From: Piedraia hortae CBS 480.64 | Taxonomy: Eukaryota | Direction: 5' to 3' | DNA length: 64,000 nucleotides | NCBI GenBank assembly: GCA_010093745.1 | Contig: MU005983.1 | Coordinates: forward strand, 124,001-188,000 | Part shown: positions 34,342 to 47,914 of the stretch, piece by piece | How positions within the stretch are numbered: position 1 is the first letter of the stretch | Layout of the letters: each line of letters opens with the position of its first letter | The notes under the pieces: model-generated | What the model was told of the DNA's origin: nothing | The model's database searches: none | Seen by the model: only the letters and a program-made list of their open reading frames with translations | Made by a program: the position numbers and the translations under genes

Positions 34342-36063
34342 CTATATCTCGGATTGCATGACGGCATCATTGTCATGAACCTCCACGTCTGCCTTCCCAT
34401 TGACACTGGCATCTTTCTCCCACACTGCCTTAGCCCTTTTCATCGGGCCCCAGTCTTTTCTGTCCTGCCAGATCGCAAACTTCTTCTCTTGCTTTCCCAG
34501 CTGCTCATCAAAAACCACTTTCAGCTTCGTCTCTCCATCGACCTCTGGTCGGTTCATGATCACCCATCCAGGCGACCCCTCGGCCAAGGCTCCCTCCTTG
34601 ATAGGCTTATGCTGTCTCGTCCACTCCCTCATAATCTCCCAGATGGTGTCCCACGGGGCATCTGTCTTCAGGCTTCCCGGTCGACAATGGCTTTTAGTTA
34701 CACGATACCCAGCATGGCGCAAAGCACCGCGGATCATAGCTTCCGGGGGCGAGACGCACTTGATTACCTTGGACAGGGTTGAAGGGATAAAGAAGAACGG
34801 ATGAGGATCCAGCGTCGATACCGGCGTCGAAGATATGGTCTCTGCCTGCGGCCAAAGACTTTCCCTCGAAGGGATGACGGCGAGTTCGTTCAAAGCGGTA
34901 TCCAGCACGCCACGAAGACGTGCCTTGGTCCCGTAAATGGCCTCATCAGCTGACGTGGCTTCGGCTAGAACACGCTCGACGAAAGCCGCGTTGTGCAACG
35001 ATCCTCCCCACATGGGACCCGAAATGTGCGTCTTGCTTTTGCAGTAGTCGCAGTTGCGGTCTGCGGACGGTGCCTGAGCCATGGAATGTTTGTGCCCTTG
35101 GCCCGATTGCTGCGTACGACCGAGATACTGTATCTGCCATGCACCGCAGCCTGAATCGCAGCTGTAAACCAGCATAGTTTTGCTGGAGAGAAATTTCACC
35201 TCTGCAGGGGACTTCTTGATACGTACAAAGACGCGGGCATAGAAGTCGATGCTGAGAGAAAGGAGTGGTTCGATAGCCAAACCGTATCGCGCTGCCGAGG
35301 TCGCTATACATTGCAGAATCAATCGCAGACCGGCCTCATGAGAATGCAAACCGCGAACTGGCAGGCCACCATACTGTGAGAAAGTTTTCTCGCTGTACCC
35401 GCACGACGCAAATACGCCCGAATCGGTGCAGGTGACGCAGAGCATTCCACCGTTGCGGAGCGCCTGCACAGCTGCATCGATAAAAGGCGCTGCCGTGCCG
35501 TATGGATCGAGATCGATGACATCGTATCGCGGTCCATGCCCTTCTATCGGATGTGCGGTGCGATACATAAGTCCGATGGCATTTCCCGTCTGTACCGTCA
35601 CCTTGTCATCGACGGCATTGAACTCGATGTTGCGTTTGATGCTCTTTGTTGCCCCGGGATCCATGTCGTTCGCCACAATGGAAGTTGCCTGTGGAATTTC
35701 ATGGGCATATCTGAGTGCTCGAAGGCCGCTGGCTGATAGAGCGTCTAGTATGCGCAACGGTGCAACGTCATCACGCTTACGTTTCTGCCCCGTTGAAGCT
35801 TTGTTTGGCCGTCGTTTTAGTGTATCTTGCCCGAAGACTTTGATAGCTAGCACGCTAAGGTCTCGGTTGAACCGTTGAATAGGATTGTAGAACACCGATT
35901 GAGATTTTTCCGTTGGGGGCGTTAGAATGGTTCCAGAACCTTCTTTAATGGCAGAATAAGTGCTGCCGTCGTGAGACACTTCTCGACTGTTAGATGTCAT
36001 CATGCGGAAAGTACATACCCGCACGAGCAGTCGTTTATATTTTGTCGTTGCAGTGGATAACAT
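34342..36063 (-). CDS. TRM1: tRNA (guanine26-N2)-dimethyltransferase
   Basis: VFYNPIQRFNRDLS, ILDALSASGLRALRY, DVIDLDPYG and HEAGLR. An upstream ATG may encode a mitochondrial extension. Confidence 0.95.
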   Translation of the reverse strand: MLSTATTKYKRLLVRVCTFRMMTSNSREVSHDGSTYSAIKEGSGTILTPPTEKSQSVFYNPIQRFNRDLSVLAIKVFGQDTLKRRPNKASTGQKRKRDDVAPLRILDALSASGLRALRYAHEIPQATSIVANDMDPGATKSIKRNIEFNAVDDKVTVQTGNAIGLMYRTAHPIEGHGPRYDVIDLDPYGTAAPFIDAAVQALRNGGMLCVTCTDSGVFASCGYSEKTFSQYGGLPVRGLHSHEAGLRLILQCIATSAARYGLAIEPLLSLSIDFYARVFVRIKKSPAEVKFLSSKTMLVYSCDSGCGAWQIQYLGRTQQSGQGHKHSMAQAPSADRNCDYCKSKTHISGPMWGGSLHNAAFVERVLAEATSADEAIYGTKARLRGVLDTALNELAVIPSRESLWPQAETISSTPVSTLDPHPFFFIPSTLSKVIKCVSPPEAMIRGALRHAGYRVTKSHCRPGSLKTDAPWDTIWEIMREWTRQHKPIKEGALAEGSPGWVIMNRPEVDGETKLKVVFDEQLGKQEKKFAIWQDRKDWGPMKRAKAVWEKDASVNGKADVEVHDNDAVMQSEI

Positions 36064-36532
36064 GCAGGACCGTTCTGCTTGGTTACTATTGGCTAATTTC
36101 TAACTAGGGTTAGGATTCGTGGGAACCGCATTCTTGGCACACACTGCATCGGTCGTTTCTCAGCGAGCCACCTGCTAAGGCTCTCGCCCGGAATCCAAAA
36201 GTCAAAATCCCTCTACACAACGCGCCATGACCTCCTAGTATTGATCTAAACTGAATGCTTTGAGGAATGTACCCATGATGCCGTCAGCGAGAATGTAATG
36301 TAATCGGAAAGTAATGTTTTTCTGATGGATAAGTATCAAATGCGAACTTTTGCTACATCATTTTCAATGTCAATTTGAGTCACGATCTTTGAACATTATA
36401 CACTGTGAATACATAGATTGTACAGCATGCACACCTTCAAATTGTTCCATATCAAATCACTACAAGTATTGGTATGGAAGGCTTGGAAGGACCAACAACC
36501 CTGCATCATGATCACTTTTCCTCACCTCTCAA

Positions 36533-38122
36533 CTAACCAGCCTGATACAGACCCAAGGCAATGATGTGGGGGTTCATCAGTGACATGTTGAAGGGTGACA
36601 GGGCAACGTCTCGGTCCGTCAGGGCGATGAACATAGTCTCGTTGACGATTCCCTGTCCTTGCTGATAGACCGGAGCAGGCGGCTGATAGGTATAGCCCGT
36701 GTTGCGTCCAGTCTTTGTCAATTCGGTGTAGGTCAAGTTGAGCTGTGAAACCCATGCAACGAATGCGGGTTCACCAGCCACGCTGCCCTTGGATGTCACG
36801 TAACTGTTGTTCGGGCCGACGGCCTGGCCAGGATCATCCCATTGAAGCAGAACTTGCTTGCCGGAGAAAGATAGAGGCTCGGTGCGGTTGTGGACAATGG
36901 CTGGTCCACAGCCATAGCCAGTCTTGTTCAAGTTGATGCAGCTTTCGTCCTGAGGAGGGATAGTGGACGGGGACGATGTGCGGTTATCTACACGCTCCCA
37001 ATGTCCGGTGTTGTTAGGCGAAACACGATTGATGTTGGCCTGGTTGACAACATGGAGAGCGGGGAAATTTTGCCAAGCGAGGCGAGTGGTGTTAGCCGGG
37101 CACGAGCTGATGTAGGGTGCCATAAAAGTCCACGCCCATGATTGGGGAATGCCGGTCTCGAACCAAACAGGCATGGGATGAAGGCCTGACATCTGGCGGA
37201 AAATCATCTCCTGACGAGCCTCGGTGGCAATTGACTGGGCAAGGAGTTGGCCGACCTCACGGCTATCCAAATGATTGATGAAGCCCCACACTCCACCTTG
37301 GCGTTTATCAGCATAGTGCATAGAAGTTCAGGATCAGAATTACTTACTCTCACCCCATCGGGTCAAAATCTGCTGGAACTCGACAAATTCACGAGGGTTG
37401 CTGTAAGGGAAGTTGTATGTGCACTGAGGCGGGGCTGTCTCACCCAGCATGTTGGACAGCAGCGTAGCGTGACCCTGTTCTTGCTGGGCCATGAAAGCAA
37501 TGAGTGCCCTGTCCTCAGCAGTCAATCCGTAAGCCAAGAAGTCTTCCTCTGAAAAGATGGCAAGTCCATTATTGAAAGCGTCAAGCTCAATCCATTCCTG
37601 GTAAAGGCCCAGAGTGATAGATTCAAAGTCAAAGTCACTCTCGACCATGTAGCGAGGCGCGGAACCATTGGTACCAAGACCACCGGCGGGAGCGTACGGA
37701 ATGGGCATCGGTTCGGTCAACTTGCCATCGGAGTTGTAATACGTAGCAGTGGGATTGGGCGGTCCGGGAAGGACGTCCGAGTTGAGTGCCTCTGTAGAAA
37801 CGGCACCTGTGGTAGTTGGCTTGCCGCTGAAGGGTCCATGAGAAGTGTGTCCAGTGGGCAAAGGGCTGCGCTGGGTGTCTGCAGCACCAGGACCCTCCGT
37901 TGGGGCGACAGTGTTGATAGCAGAGATGATGGATGCTCCCCCGAAGCTGGTCGGTACAGCCGTCAACGGTGGTGGCTCGCTAGCAAAAGGCGCATCAGCG
38001 TCGGTATAACCAGGAAGATTGCCTTGCTGATTATCAGCCACTACATTGCCACCGTAGGGCTTCACAGCGGGAGCAGCCAATGCCAGTTGAGCGAGGCTCA
38101 AGAGCCCGAGCTTGAGAGTCAT
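36533..38122 (-). CDS. Secreted ferritin-like Rds1-type stress protein; intron 37297-37347
   Basis: Signal peptide, LGLYQEWIELD, QEQGHATLL, LTRWGE|SGVWGF, EARQEMIFRQ and WFETGIPQSWAWT. Confidence 0.88.
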
Positions 38123-39759
38123 GATGAGCGAGAGACGGAGAGCTGGGTGGACAAGGTGGCAAGACGAGTTTATATGCAGGACCCATGCTGGCTTTCGTCA
38201 TCCTCTCCATCAACTAGGACCTGACCACAGCAGGTTCTTCAGGACCCCGTCGCCTCGGAACGGGCCGCTTGGTGAAGTGGCCAATCACAAAGGTCCCAAT
38301 ATATTGGCAATCGGTTTGACGCAGGTTGGACGTCTCAACGTGCGGGGCAAAGTATAGTTCATAATTCAAACTCGGCTAAACAGGCCGATGAAATGCGGAG
38401 TTTAACAGACTGGTCAACCTTCGCCACACAACATCGCTTCTCATTAGTCGCTCTAGCCCCATTACGAAACTATTACATCGCACAACTACCTACCCGCGGA
38501 ACCATCCGTCTGCCATATGCTTGGACCCGCTTGCAGAGCCAAGTTTTGTTGCCCTGGATTTGGAGGAACACCGCTGGTGGTGGCACCATCGTGGGCCAAC
38601 CCGTAGCTGGCGGTAGCATTATCATCTGTCCACCTGGCGTCCAAGGGCATTGAATTACCGATGGAAATCGTTGATACCATAAAGGATCTGGTCAAACGAT
38701 GGTTGGTTCGAAGACGCTTATTTGTGAAATCAGAACTTGTTCAGGCTGCATGACAAAATCGGCTTGAACGAGACTCTGCAGCCCGGCTTTGTGTTCCGGC
38801 TGAGACCTGCTGCTCAACCGTAAGCTTCTCCCTCGACAGAGATAGGACAAGATTTGGCCTAAAGGTGGATGTCCCTGTCAGCAACATTGACTTAACGCAT
38901 TCGAACCAAGTCCTGCTCCTGGGGTCGAGACAAGCACTTAGTTGTGTCTCTATAAGACTCTTCATATAGGCGAGATCTGAATGACGCCCTGGCGTGGCTG
39001 TTAAATCGAGGTTACAAGCACTGTAAACTGCATCTGACGTTGCTGTAAACTCCTGAACCGGCAAATCCAGCGTGCAGGCTTCGTGCAGTCCGGGGAAAAG
39101 ACATTTTCTCGAATATCAGATCGGAAACGCGCCTGCGAGTGCATGTGGAATCTAACTATGCAAATATCAGATCGGAGAGAACAACCGCGAATGTTGCATT
39201 AAGTTACAGTGCATATGTCACATTGCAAGGGAAAGATCAAATAACAAGTTCTCATTCCGAAGACTAGCTCCTACAAGAATCCCTCATGCCGGTGAGTGCC
39301 ACAGTGCTCCTTGGGTCGTTGCTGTCAGTGCAGGTCGAAGGTGCCGTATAAGATACAATATTCAGTTCAGTAACATCTCTCTCATTGCATCTGACTCCTC
39401 GTCACTTTTCTCTCTCTTGCCGTCGCTCTTTCTCTTTAGGAGGATTATCTCCTAATGTATTGTACAACGGAGGTCTAGACGTTCCCCTAGCGCTTGAACC
39501 AATATGCACATGGGCTGGGCTTACGCGTCGTCTGGGGTGCATGCATGAGACCCACATGTCGGCATTAGTGCCATGATTCCCTCGCGTTGGTACAGTAATC
39601 AACTTTGTGAGCATCAATAGTAACATGTAACTATTTACTGGTCATTCTACGGAGCCTTCGAAGGTATTGGAAGCTACCAAGCAACCAAACGTTTCACAAC
39701 CATACGGTGTCGATTCCTCGAAGGGTTCAGAAGAAAAACACCCTCTAACTCCTCCGAGA

Positions 39760-40048
39760 CCACAGGAGCAACGTCTAAAAGCCTGTGCGAACTCAGGCTC
39801 TCGCCAAACAGCATTTCCTTCGCGACGGCAGAGCAAAATGTGAATAGCAAATGACAGCCCATGGCGAATGATCAACTCAACCACGGCTAATCATAGGAAA
39901 AGGCTCTCAACCATGATGGTTTCTGATACCGCTCCAAGCTTCATGGGGACGCTCCTGAAAGATAGACACAACGTCCTCATTGTCGACGCCACATATCGCA
40001 CGAACAAATACGGTATGCCTCTAGTGACTCTCGTGATGGGCACGTAGT
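39760..40048 (+). mobile_element. MULE (Mutator-like) transposase remnant
   Basis: One frame reads SRQTAFP...W...NH (FAR1-like), then VLIVDATYRTNKYGMPLV (first catalytic Asp motif). Contains stops and an internal deletion. Confidence 0.75.
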
Positions 40049-40594
40049 GGACGTCCAGTCGGAGGACACCCTCGACGAAGCCACAGCGGCTTTGTTCCAA
40101 CGCGCAGGAAATAACGACCGATGGCTGAATCGTACTAATCAGCTGAACAGAGAATGGTGGCCCCACAAGGAGCTGATTGTATGGACATGGACTAACAGGG
40201 TATCTCACTAACTTGTGGGCTGACCGTAATCGTGTCCAGAGATGGCGCGTTATGGTTTCTAGTCGTGGCCGAAGACGGGTTGGGCAAACCTTCGCAGTCT
40301 TCTTCGAGAAGCTGTTACTTTTTGTGACGTGACCCCTTGGATGAAACTGCCAATATGGGTCCCTCTGAGCTTTTGAGGCGTGATGCGGAGGGCGGTGATG
40401 ATAAAGATACGTGCAGCTTACAGCGGCTGACCGCGAGTCAAGTCCCAAAATGGCCCAGTGATGATAGTCTCACGGGTGAGGGAATGTTCTTAGTTTTCTG
40501 TTTGTTGGTTATGTAGATTTAAGTAATGATGTGTGACCTCATGCACTGAAGAGGATTGCGGGGCTGCGAGACCTGCAAAATTCCAACCACGCAA

Positions 40595-41347
40595 ATGCCA
40601 AAGACAGTGATTTTAACCGGGGCCTCGCGCGGTATAGGCCGGGCTATGGCCCAGTTCCTCCTGCAGCAGAAGCACCGTTTGGTTCTTGTTGCGCAAACTG
40701 AAGCGCCATTGAAAGAACTCGAACATCAATACCCTGAGCAAGTTGCGGTACAGACCGGCGATCTTTCCAACTTCTACCTGGCCAACAAGGTAGTGAATCT
40801 AGCCAAGGATCGTTTTGGTCAGGTGGACGGCCTCCTCGTAAACCACGCTGTGCTAGAACCCGTTGGTCGCATAGCCGATGCTTCTGTCGAGGCCTGGCGG
40901 AGAGCGTTTGATATCAATTTCTTCTCTGCAATCCCGCTCATCCAGGCTGCGTTGCCCGAGCTACGCAAGACCAAGGGCTGCATTGTATTGGTCTCTTCAG
41001 GTGCTGCATCAAATGCATACGCCGCTTGGGGTGCCTATGGTTCGGCCAAAGCGGCACTCAATCATCTTGCTATGACCTTGGCCAACGAAGAGAGCCTTGT
41101 TACCACCATAGCAGTACGACCAGGTGTTGTTGATACGAACATGCAGAAGGATATCCGCGACAAGCACCATCATCACATGAACGAAAAGGATGCTGCACGT
41201 TTTAAAGAATTGAATGAAACTGGAAGATTGCTAAAGCCAGAGGAGCCAGGACATGTCATGGCACGCATGGTGGTCGATGCGCCTAAAGAGCTTACCGGAA
41301 AATTTATGTCTTGGGACGCGGAAGCATTGAAGGCTTATCAGGCATAA
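40595..41347 (+). CDS. Short-chain dehydrogenase/reductase
   Basis: TGASRGIG, SSGAA, YGSAK and RPGVVDT. Confidence 0.95.
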   Translation: MPKTVILTGASRGIGRAMAQFLLQQKHRLVLVAQTEAPLKELEHQYPEQVAVQTGDLSNFYLANKVVNLAKDRFGQVDGLLVNHAVLEPVGRIADASVEAWRRAFDINFFSAIPLIQAALPELRKTKGCIVLVSSGAASNAYAAWGAYGSAKAALNHLAMTLANEESLVTTIAVRPGVVDTNMQKDIRDKHHHHMNEKDAARFKELNETGRLLKPEEPGHVMARMVVDAPKELTGKFMSWDAEALKAYQA

Positions 41348-42086
41348 CTGTCGCTGTTAGCACACAGCCCGTTGGTTTCGGTGTCATAGACGGAGTAGTA
41401 GAATCAGTCGAAAGATGAAAAGCGATACATTTTATTCAGCATGAGCCGAAGCTTCAGGCTTAGCATGGAATGTTTGGTGTGCATCATGCAATAGGATCGT
41501 GCAAAAAGAACTTACATTCGCTACGAATATATTGGCGATCCACGCGTGTGAACCGCAAGACCCACCGAGAGGAACTCGAGTGCTTGACTGCTTCATGTCA
41601 GCCCATTCATAATCATGCTGATAGAGGAAAAGTAGGAGTCGTTCAGCTAATCGAACCAAAGGTTGCTCGTCATTATGATCGGCATTTGATAGTACATTGT
41701 TTGCTCATCATATGAGATACTTGAAGAGGTAGACTTACTCCCTGTACGACTACTACCAGTCAGCACAGTTCTCGACATTCGTGGCAGAACGGAGAGAGAG
41801 AATATCAGCCAGCTGTTTGGCGCAGCAGTCAATCACCATAGCGGGGTATGATAGGGGCGACAACATGTCATCATTTCAATGAGGATGGAGAAGGCGGACA
41901 CTTACAGTTACGCTGTTGACTGTTGCTGTTTGTGGTTTTGAGGAGAGTTGTGCGAAGGGACAAGAAAAGGCAAGTCAGCAGCACGTGACTAGTGCGGAAG
42001 AGCTCCGCAACCTCCGCAGCCTCCGCCGGAGATCGACGGATGGCCGAAGTTCCTGTCAAGCGACTGACATCAACCCGACAGCTGCC

Positions 42087-43492
42087 ATGTACAAGCTTGC
42101 CTTGCGCCGCTCTCTTGCTCCGGTGTTGAGTGTGGCCAAGGTACGTGCCCCTCCCGTGCACTGTCGCAAACTAACAAATATGAAAAGACGCCCATTCGGC
42201 AGCTATCCATTCATGAGTATCGGTCGGCTCAGCTGCTAGAGTCATACGGGATCGGTGTACCCAAAGGCGGAGTTGCGCACAATGGGAAAGAGGCAGAGAA
42301 GGTGGCATCGGAGCTGCCAACCAGTGATATGGTGATCAAGGCGCAGGTGTTGGCTGGCGGGCGTGGAAAGGGCCACTTTGACAATGGGTTCAAGGGCGGA
42401 GTGCGTATTGTGTACAGCCCTCGCGAAGCCGGCATTTTGGCCGATCAGATGATTGGGCATAAACTCATTACCAAGCAAACGGGTGAGCGCGGGAGGATTT
42501 GCAACAGTGTTTTCATTGTAGAGCGCAAGTTTGCACGACGCGAGTTTTATCTTGCTATTCTGATGGACAGGGCCACCCAAGGTCCAGTGATTGTGGCCTC
42601 GAGCCAGGGCGGCATGGATATCGAGACAGTTGCCAAGGAGAGTCCGGAAGCCATCATCACTACAAAGATCAACATTCATGAGGGCGTGACAGATGATGTA
42701 GCGCGGAAGATCGCCGAACAGCTGGGCTTTTCGCCAGAGTGCATCGAAGATGCCAAGGACACCATTCAGAAGTTGTATCGTGTGTTTTGGGAAAAAGACG
42801 CCACTCAGATTGAGATCAATCCTCTGTCGGAAACATCTGATCATGAAGTTCTTTGCATGGATGCAAAACTCAACTTTGACGACAACGCCGAATTCCGCGA
42901 AAAGGAAGTCTTCTCGTGGCGTGACATTTCTCAGGAAGATCCTGATGAAGTCAAAGCCGCTAAGTCCGGTCTCAACTTCATCAAGCTTGACGGCGATATC
43001 GGCTGTCTGGTTAACGGAGCCGGTCTGGCCATGGCTACGATGGACATCATTAAACTGAACGGCGGCTCACCTGCAAATTTCCTTGATGTTGGGGGAGGTG
43101 CAACGGCAGAAGCTATCAAGGAGGCTTTTGATCTTATCACGTCCGATCCCAAGGTCACAGCCATTTTTGTCAACATCTTTGGCGGAATCGTTCGATGTGA
43201 TGCCATTGCCAACGGTCTTATCCAAGTCGTCAAGCAGATGAATCTCCGCACGCCCGTCATTGCACGTCTCCAAGGGACGAACATGGAAGCGGCACATAAG
43301 TTGGTATGTATCCATTGCACTTCTAATCTGACCAATTCACTAATACATCTTGAACAGATCAATGAATCCGGCCTGAAGATTTTCTCCATTGACGACCTCC
43401 AGTCGGCAGCGGAGAAGAGCGTTCAGTTTTCAAAAATTGTCAAGTCAGCTCGCGACATTGATGTCGGTGTTGAGTTCTCCCTAGGTATTTAG
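42087..43492 (+). CDS. LSC2: Succinyl-CoA ligase beta subunit, mitochondrial; introns 42141-42188 and 43304-43357
   Basis: LSIHEY, KAQVLAGGRGKG, EINPL, GCLVNGAGLAMATMD and NIFGGIVRCD. Confidence 0.97.
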
Positions 43493-43838
43493 CTTTATCA
43501 CAAATATGTTTCTTTACTGTACTTGTGATGCCTTCGTGATCTGACCTTCTCAATTCGTGTCTGTACTGTCCCATAACACTCATTATCATGCTGGGGCGAT
43601 CGAAGTCTTGCAGCGGAGTGCAATAGATTTTCCAAAGCCCTCAATATGTGCTTGCGTGATCGTCAACATATGCAGGGCGGTCCAGACGTTCTATGCACAG
43701 ACAAAATTCGAAAGATTGGAGAAAATCCACAAGATTGACTTTCGAACACGTGAAGTGATTAAAGCCAGTATCTCGATCCCAACCTATGTACATTTCCGAG
43801 CAGATATCCATGCGCAAAGTCAGATATCTCGAGATTGC

Positions 43839-45472
43839 TCAATCATGCAACAGAGCGGCCTTGGCGATCTTTTCTCTTTCCAAGAACTCTTCTTGCTCAA
43901 CTCTGCTCTTGCGGACATCGACAGCGATGAGAAGAAAGAGGAAGCTCGCAAGGCTAAGACCGAAGAGGAAGTAAAAGGGCGAGGAATTATTGCCGTTTGT
44001 GTCAATGATGGCGCTGGAGACCAGAGGGCCGATAAAGGACGAGGTTTTTCCCACGATGCTGAACAGGCTGAAGAAAAGAAACTCCTTTCCTCGAGGAGTC
44101 ACCTCCGATATCATGATCTGAGAGTAGCTGTACCACGGACACACGAACAGCCCGTAAAATACCTGGTATATCCACACTGGCAAGTCAGCAGAGTCAAGGA
44201 AAGCGAAATATCTTGAGGCTTACCTTCCCATTTGTGGTGGAAACCAAATTTTTGCGTCCAGATTCCAATCATGCCCCAGCCATCTAACAAAATGATGCCC
44301 ACCGCTACGGCGTTGAACATGGTTTTCGTCGTTAACTTGAAGCGTTTTTGGACATTCCAAAACGCCCAGATACCGGCGGCCTGGGCTGCAATACCCACAA
44401 TGATGAGGTACGTCAGCTCAAGCGTGTTGTATGCTACAATTTCGTTTTGCAAGGTCGCAATCACAGTTACAGTTGTATTGAGAGAATCACCGAGTAGGAA
44501 ATAGCCAATCAGGTAAAACAAGCTTTGCTTTAGCCGCCATATATCACGCATTGCTCTTTCAAGTTGCCAGAAGCCAGCCAGAATGATATTCATTCCCGGA
44601 TTCTGGCCAGGACGACGTTTTTCCAAAACGAACCAGGGGATGGCCAGCAGCATCCAAACGCCGGTGGCAAAGGCAATGAGCACGGAGAGACCCCAACTGT
44701 TACGATCGGGAGTGGAATTGACATGGACTGCAAACATGATGCCCACAATGGCGGCCAAGATGAATAGTTCGCCTACAGACTGCACGTAAAAAGCGACGTT
44801 GCTCAGTTCGTTGCGTTTCATGCTGTCGGCATCGTCGTATTCGATGCGCGATATCTCACCAGACTCAAAATCCGCGGCTTTTTGTCGCATAGTAGCCGTG
44901 TTGCGCGCCAATCCCGGGAAGGCGGCCGTCCAATAGGTGAGGCAGAGCTGGTAGGCAATTAGGCCAACAATATATAGTGCCAGCCCAATTTGCCAGTCCT
45001 CCTCGCGATGTACGCCAAGCCAACCGAAGCCTATGCCCCAGGCGATTAGAGACAGCACAATCAAGATATTGGGGCGAAAGGTGCCAAAGTCAGCATAGCT
45101 GCCCAGTATAAGAAAGACAACAATCTGAATGGCAAAGCTGATTCCGTTGCACAGAAGCACAATTGAGTTGATTGTGCGGGTTCCACCAGCAAAGAACAGC
45201 TTTTGATTATTAGGGCCCCCAACCGCCTCCGCCTGGCGGGACAGGAGATTCTGAGCAGCTGTAGGGGCAAAGTTGAAGAGTGTAAGCCCATTATTGCCGA
45301 TATAATAGCAATAATAAGCATAAATCTCGACGCGACTAGTTATGTAACGATCGTCAAATTGATCAGGGGCTAACGGCCTCTCCTCAACATCGTCCTCAGG
45401 ATTCGCCATTCCTTTGGCGGGGTCCTCGGCCTCAGCAGCAGCTGTCGCCAGTCCTGGATCGTTTGAAGCCAT
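43839..45472 (-). CDS. Atg22-family MFS vacuolar amino-acid efflux transporter; intron 44177-44223
   Basis: Multi-TM protein with AAFPGLARN, KRRPGQ, FLLGDSLNTT and FFSLFSIVGKTSSFIGP. Confidence 0.88.
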
Positions 45473-47914
45473 GATTGTTGGTTTCTCGATGCGCGTTGAG
45501 GATGGAGGGGCAATGTATTAACGGGTGCTCATCTTAGCGCCACGCATAAGTGGCTGGGTTAGCGCTAAACATTGACCCATAGAAATGCGATAAAGCAGTA
45601 AGACGAGCCAATGCCAAGGAGATGGAGAGGAGTTGTGGAAGTGAGTTCAAAATTCCGTCGCCGGCAGAAGAATCAAGTTTGCGGGGGACTGCCAGGAAAA
45701 GACTCGAATTGAGCTTTAGTGCCACGACACCTCACGTTCGGGGAGCAGTATTAATACTGTCTTTGTAGTATCTATTGAGCCACATCTTTGCTTATGGAAT
45801 AGGATCGATTGTTAGTGCCAGGCGAGAGTCCATTCATCACTCAATGTATTGTCATGACGACATAATAAGACATCGAGAACATGCCGCAGCATGTTCAATG
45901 ATGTCTCAATAAGTGATATCCTCCCCGATCAAGCTATGTCAAATTGCGCAAATAGGATAATCGAAAGGTGAGTCGCGGAGTTATGGAACTCTAGTATAGC
46001 CAGTGCTGTATCCCATTTTGAGAAATGTAACATTGATTACAGGCTGATACCAAATGTTGTACAAACACTGAAATTGAGCACTCTTGCTCGCCCCTGCCAC
46101 ATCCCCACGCCAATGTTAGCCTGAATGCAGGCGCCTGGTGACGAGATGTTAGTTTCTTTTGCAATTGAGTGTTCAACTCCAGGGTCTATGCAACTCGACC
46201 ATGCTTCGATCTTGTTAAGAGGGCACGAGGTAATTCTCGGCTGGCACTCTCTATCGGTTATGATTGCCCTGGAAAGTCACCAGGCGGGGAGCATGAAAAA
46301 GCGCCAGAGTGGCATTACTTTTCGACTTTGCAACAAGTGCATAACACAAGCCAACTCTCCCTCTTATTGGTAAGAGTACTACTCTTCCTGGGCTACTAGC
46401 CCAGGATTAGCCCAGGAATATGGGCCGTACTTATCTCTAGGCCGGTGTGTGCGAGATCGGAAATTCGGTCAAGTTCCTAGTAGTATCGGTTGTGACGGTT
46501 AGTTTTAACTGCTAGCGAGAGGCGGGAACCAGCAGAAATACGTTGAGCATCCAACTGGGGTCATGAGAAAGGGCCTGCAAGTGTGGGCGCCGCTCAGGAG
46601 CGTCTGGACCCCGAGATGACTGCATGGGTTTCAGCCAATCACATGGCGCAGACTGCTTGTGCATAATTCCCACCTTCGGACATTTTCCTCATCCTCCCAA
46701 GCACATGCCTCACCCTCGAGGATTGTCGTTGCAGAGTTCTCTCTCCACATTGGAACGCCGTGCCCACCCCAAAGAGAAGCTCCGAAGCACGAAAGGGGCG
46801 TGTTCTTGGACCCTGCGCCGAAAGGCAGCATATGTTACTGGCGCTGCTGAGGTCAAAGCCACGATGGCACTGCATTGAGTGATGACAGAAACAATTTTAG
46901 CTCGCTACCTGGACTTTGCCAAACAGATACCTCTTGTCTGTTGGCATGACGGACTATTATTATAACCCGAACGACTGGCAACGCTGGCATGGATAGCACG
47001 TGGACGGGGAACGGCATAACCTGTTCTATCGCCCCTGAAGAGGGTCTCGTCGCTTATAGCTTGCGCCATGCAGACAGGGGTATTTAAAGTGTGTGCCACC
47101 GTCCTTGACGCGATAAAAGCGATATTGATGAACTGTTATAACGATCTGCCAAATGACGCCGTCCATGCAGACGAACAGCTCATTGGTCGGTCGGGGCCGA
47201 AAAGCTAGCCACGTAGCCCTGGTACGTTGCGTGGGACAAACGAGAATTAGTTGACCGTCGCGTCGGAGTGGAACAAGAAGAGCTGAGACATATCGCCGGT
47301 TCTCTCTCGTCAGTACTTTCCCGGCCTCTTACCGCGCCGCATTATCGTGGCTGGGAACACTACATCGGCAATTTGGAGCTTTGTCAGAGTGCAATGCAGC
47401 TAGTTGCATCTTGCGTGGTACCTTTTTACGCTGCACGGCTGACATACCGAGATCTGAAAGGCTGTCTCAGTCGATCCGAAACAGGAACGGCAGACATCAG
47501 GGGTCGCACACTGTGAGGGACCTCAAACGCCAGCTCGCCTACGAAAGGGCATGCAGCGAGCATGTGTGGCGGAAAGGTTCAGCTCCTACCCACCAACCCC
47601 ACCCCCGGAAGGCTCAGCGCAGGTGGCCGATGTCAGGCCGCCGCACACGCGGACAACGGCCCGGATCGTTTCGGCGCGGGCCGAACAACGGCTGTGAATG
47701 ATTGGCGTAGCGGGGAAAGTTGCACGCATCCTCCCGGAAATGGCAGGGGCGATGCAAATCGATCTTTGAAATGGCAGAATGATTCTGTCCCCACCGCAAC
47801 CCCGCCCGGGGCCATTACGCCTGGACCCACCTTGCGCTTATTTACAACGCGCTGCGGGTCGCGGTGGGCTTCCAGTGACTTGACTTCCCCTCACTCCTCT
47901 TCTCCCACACCACC

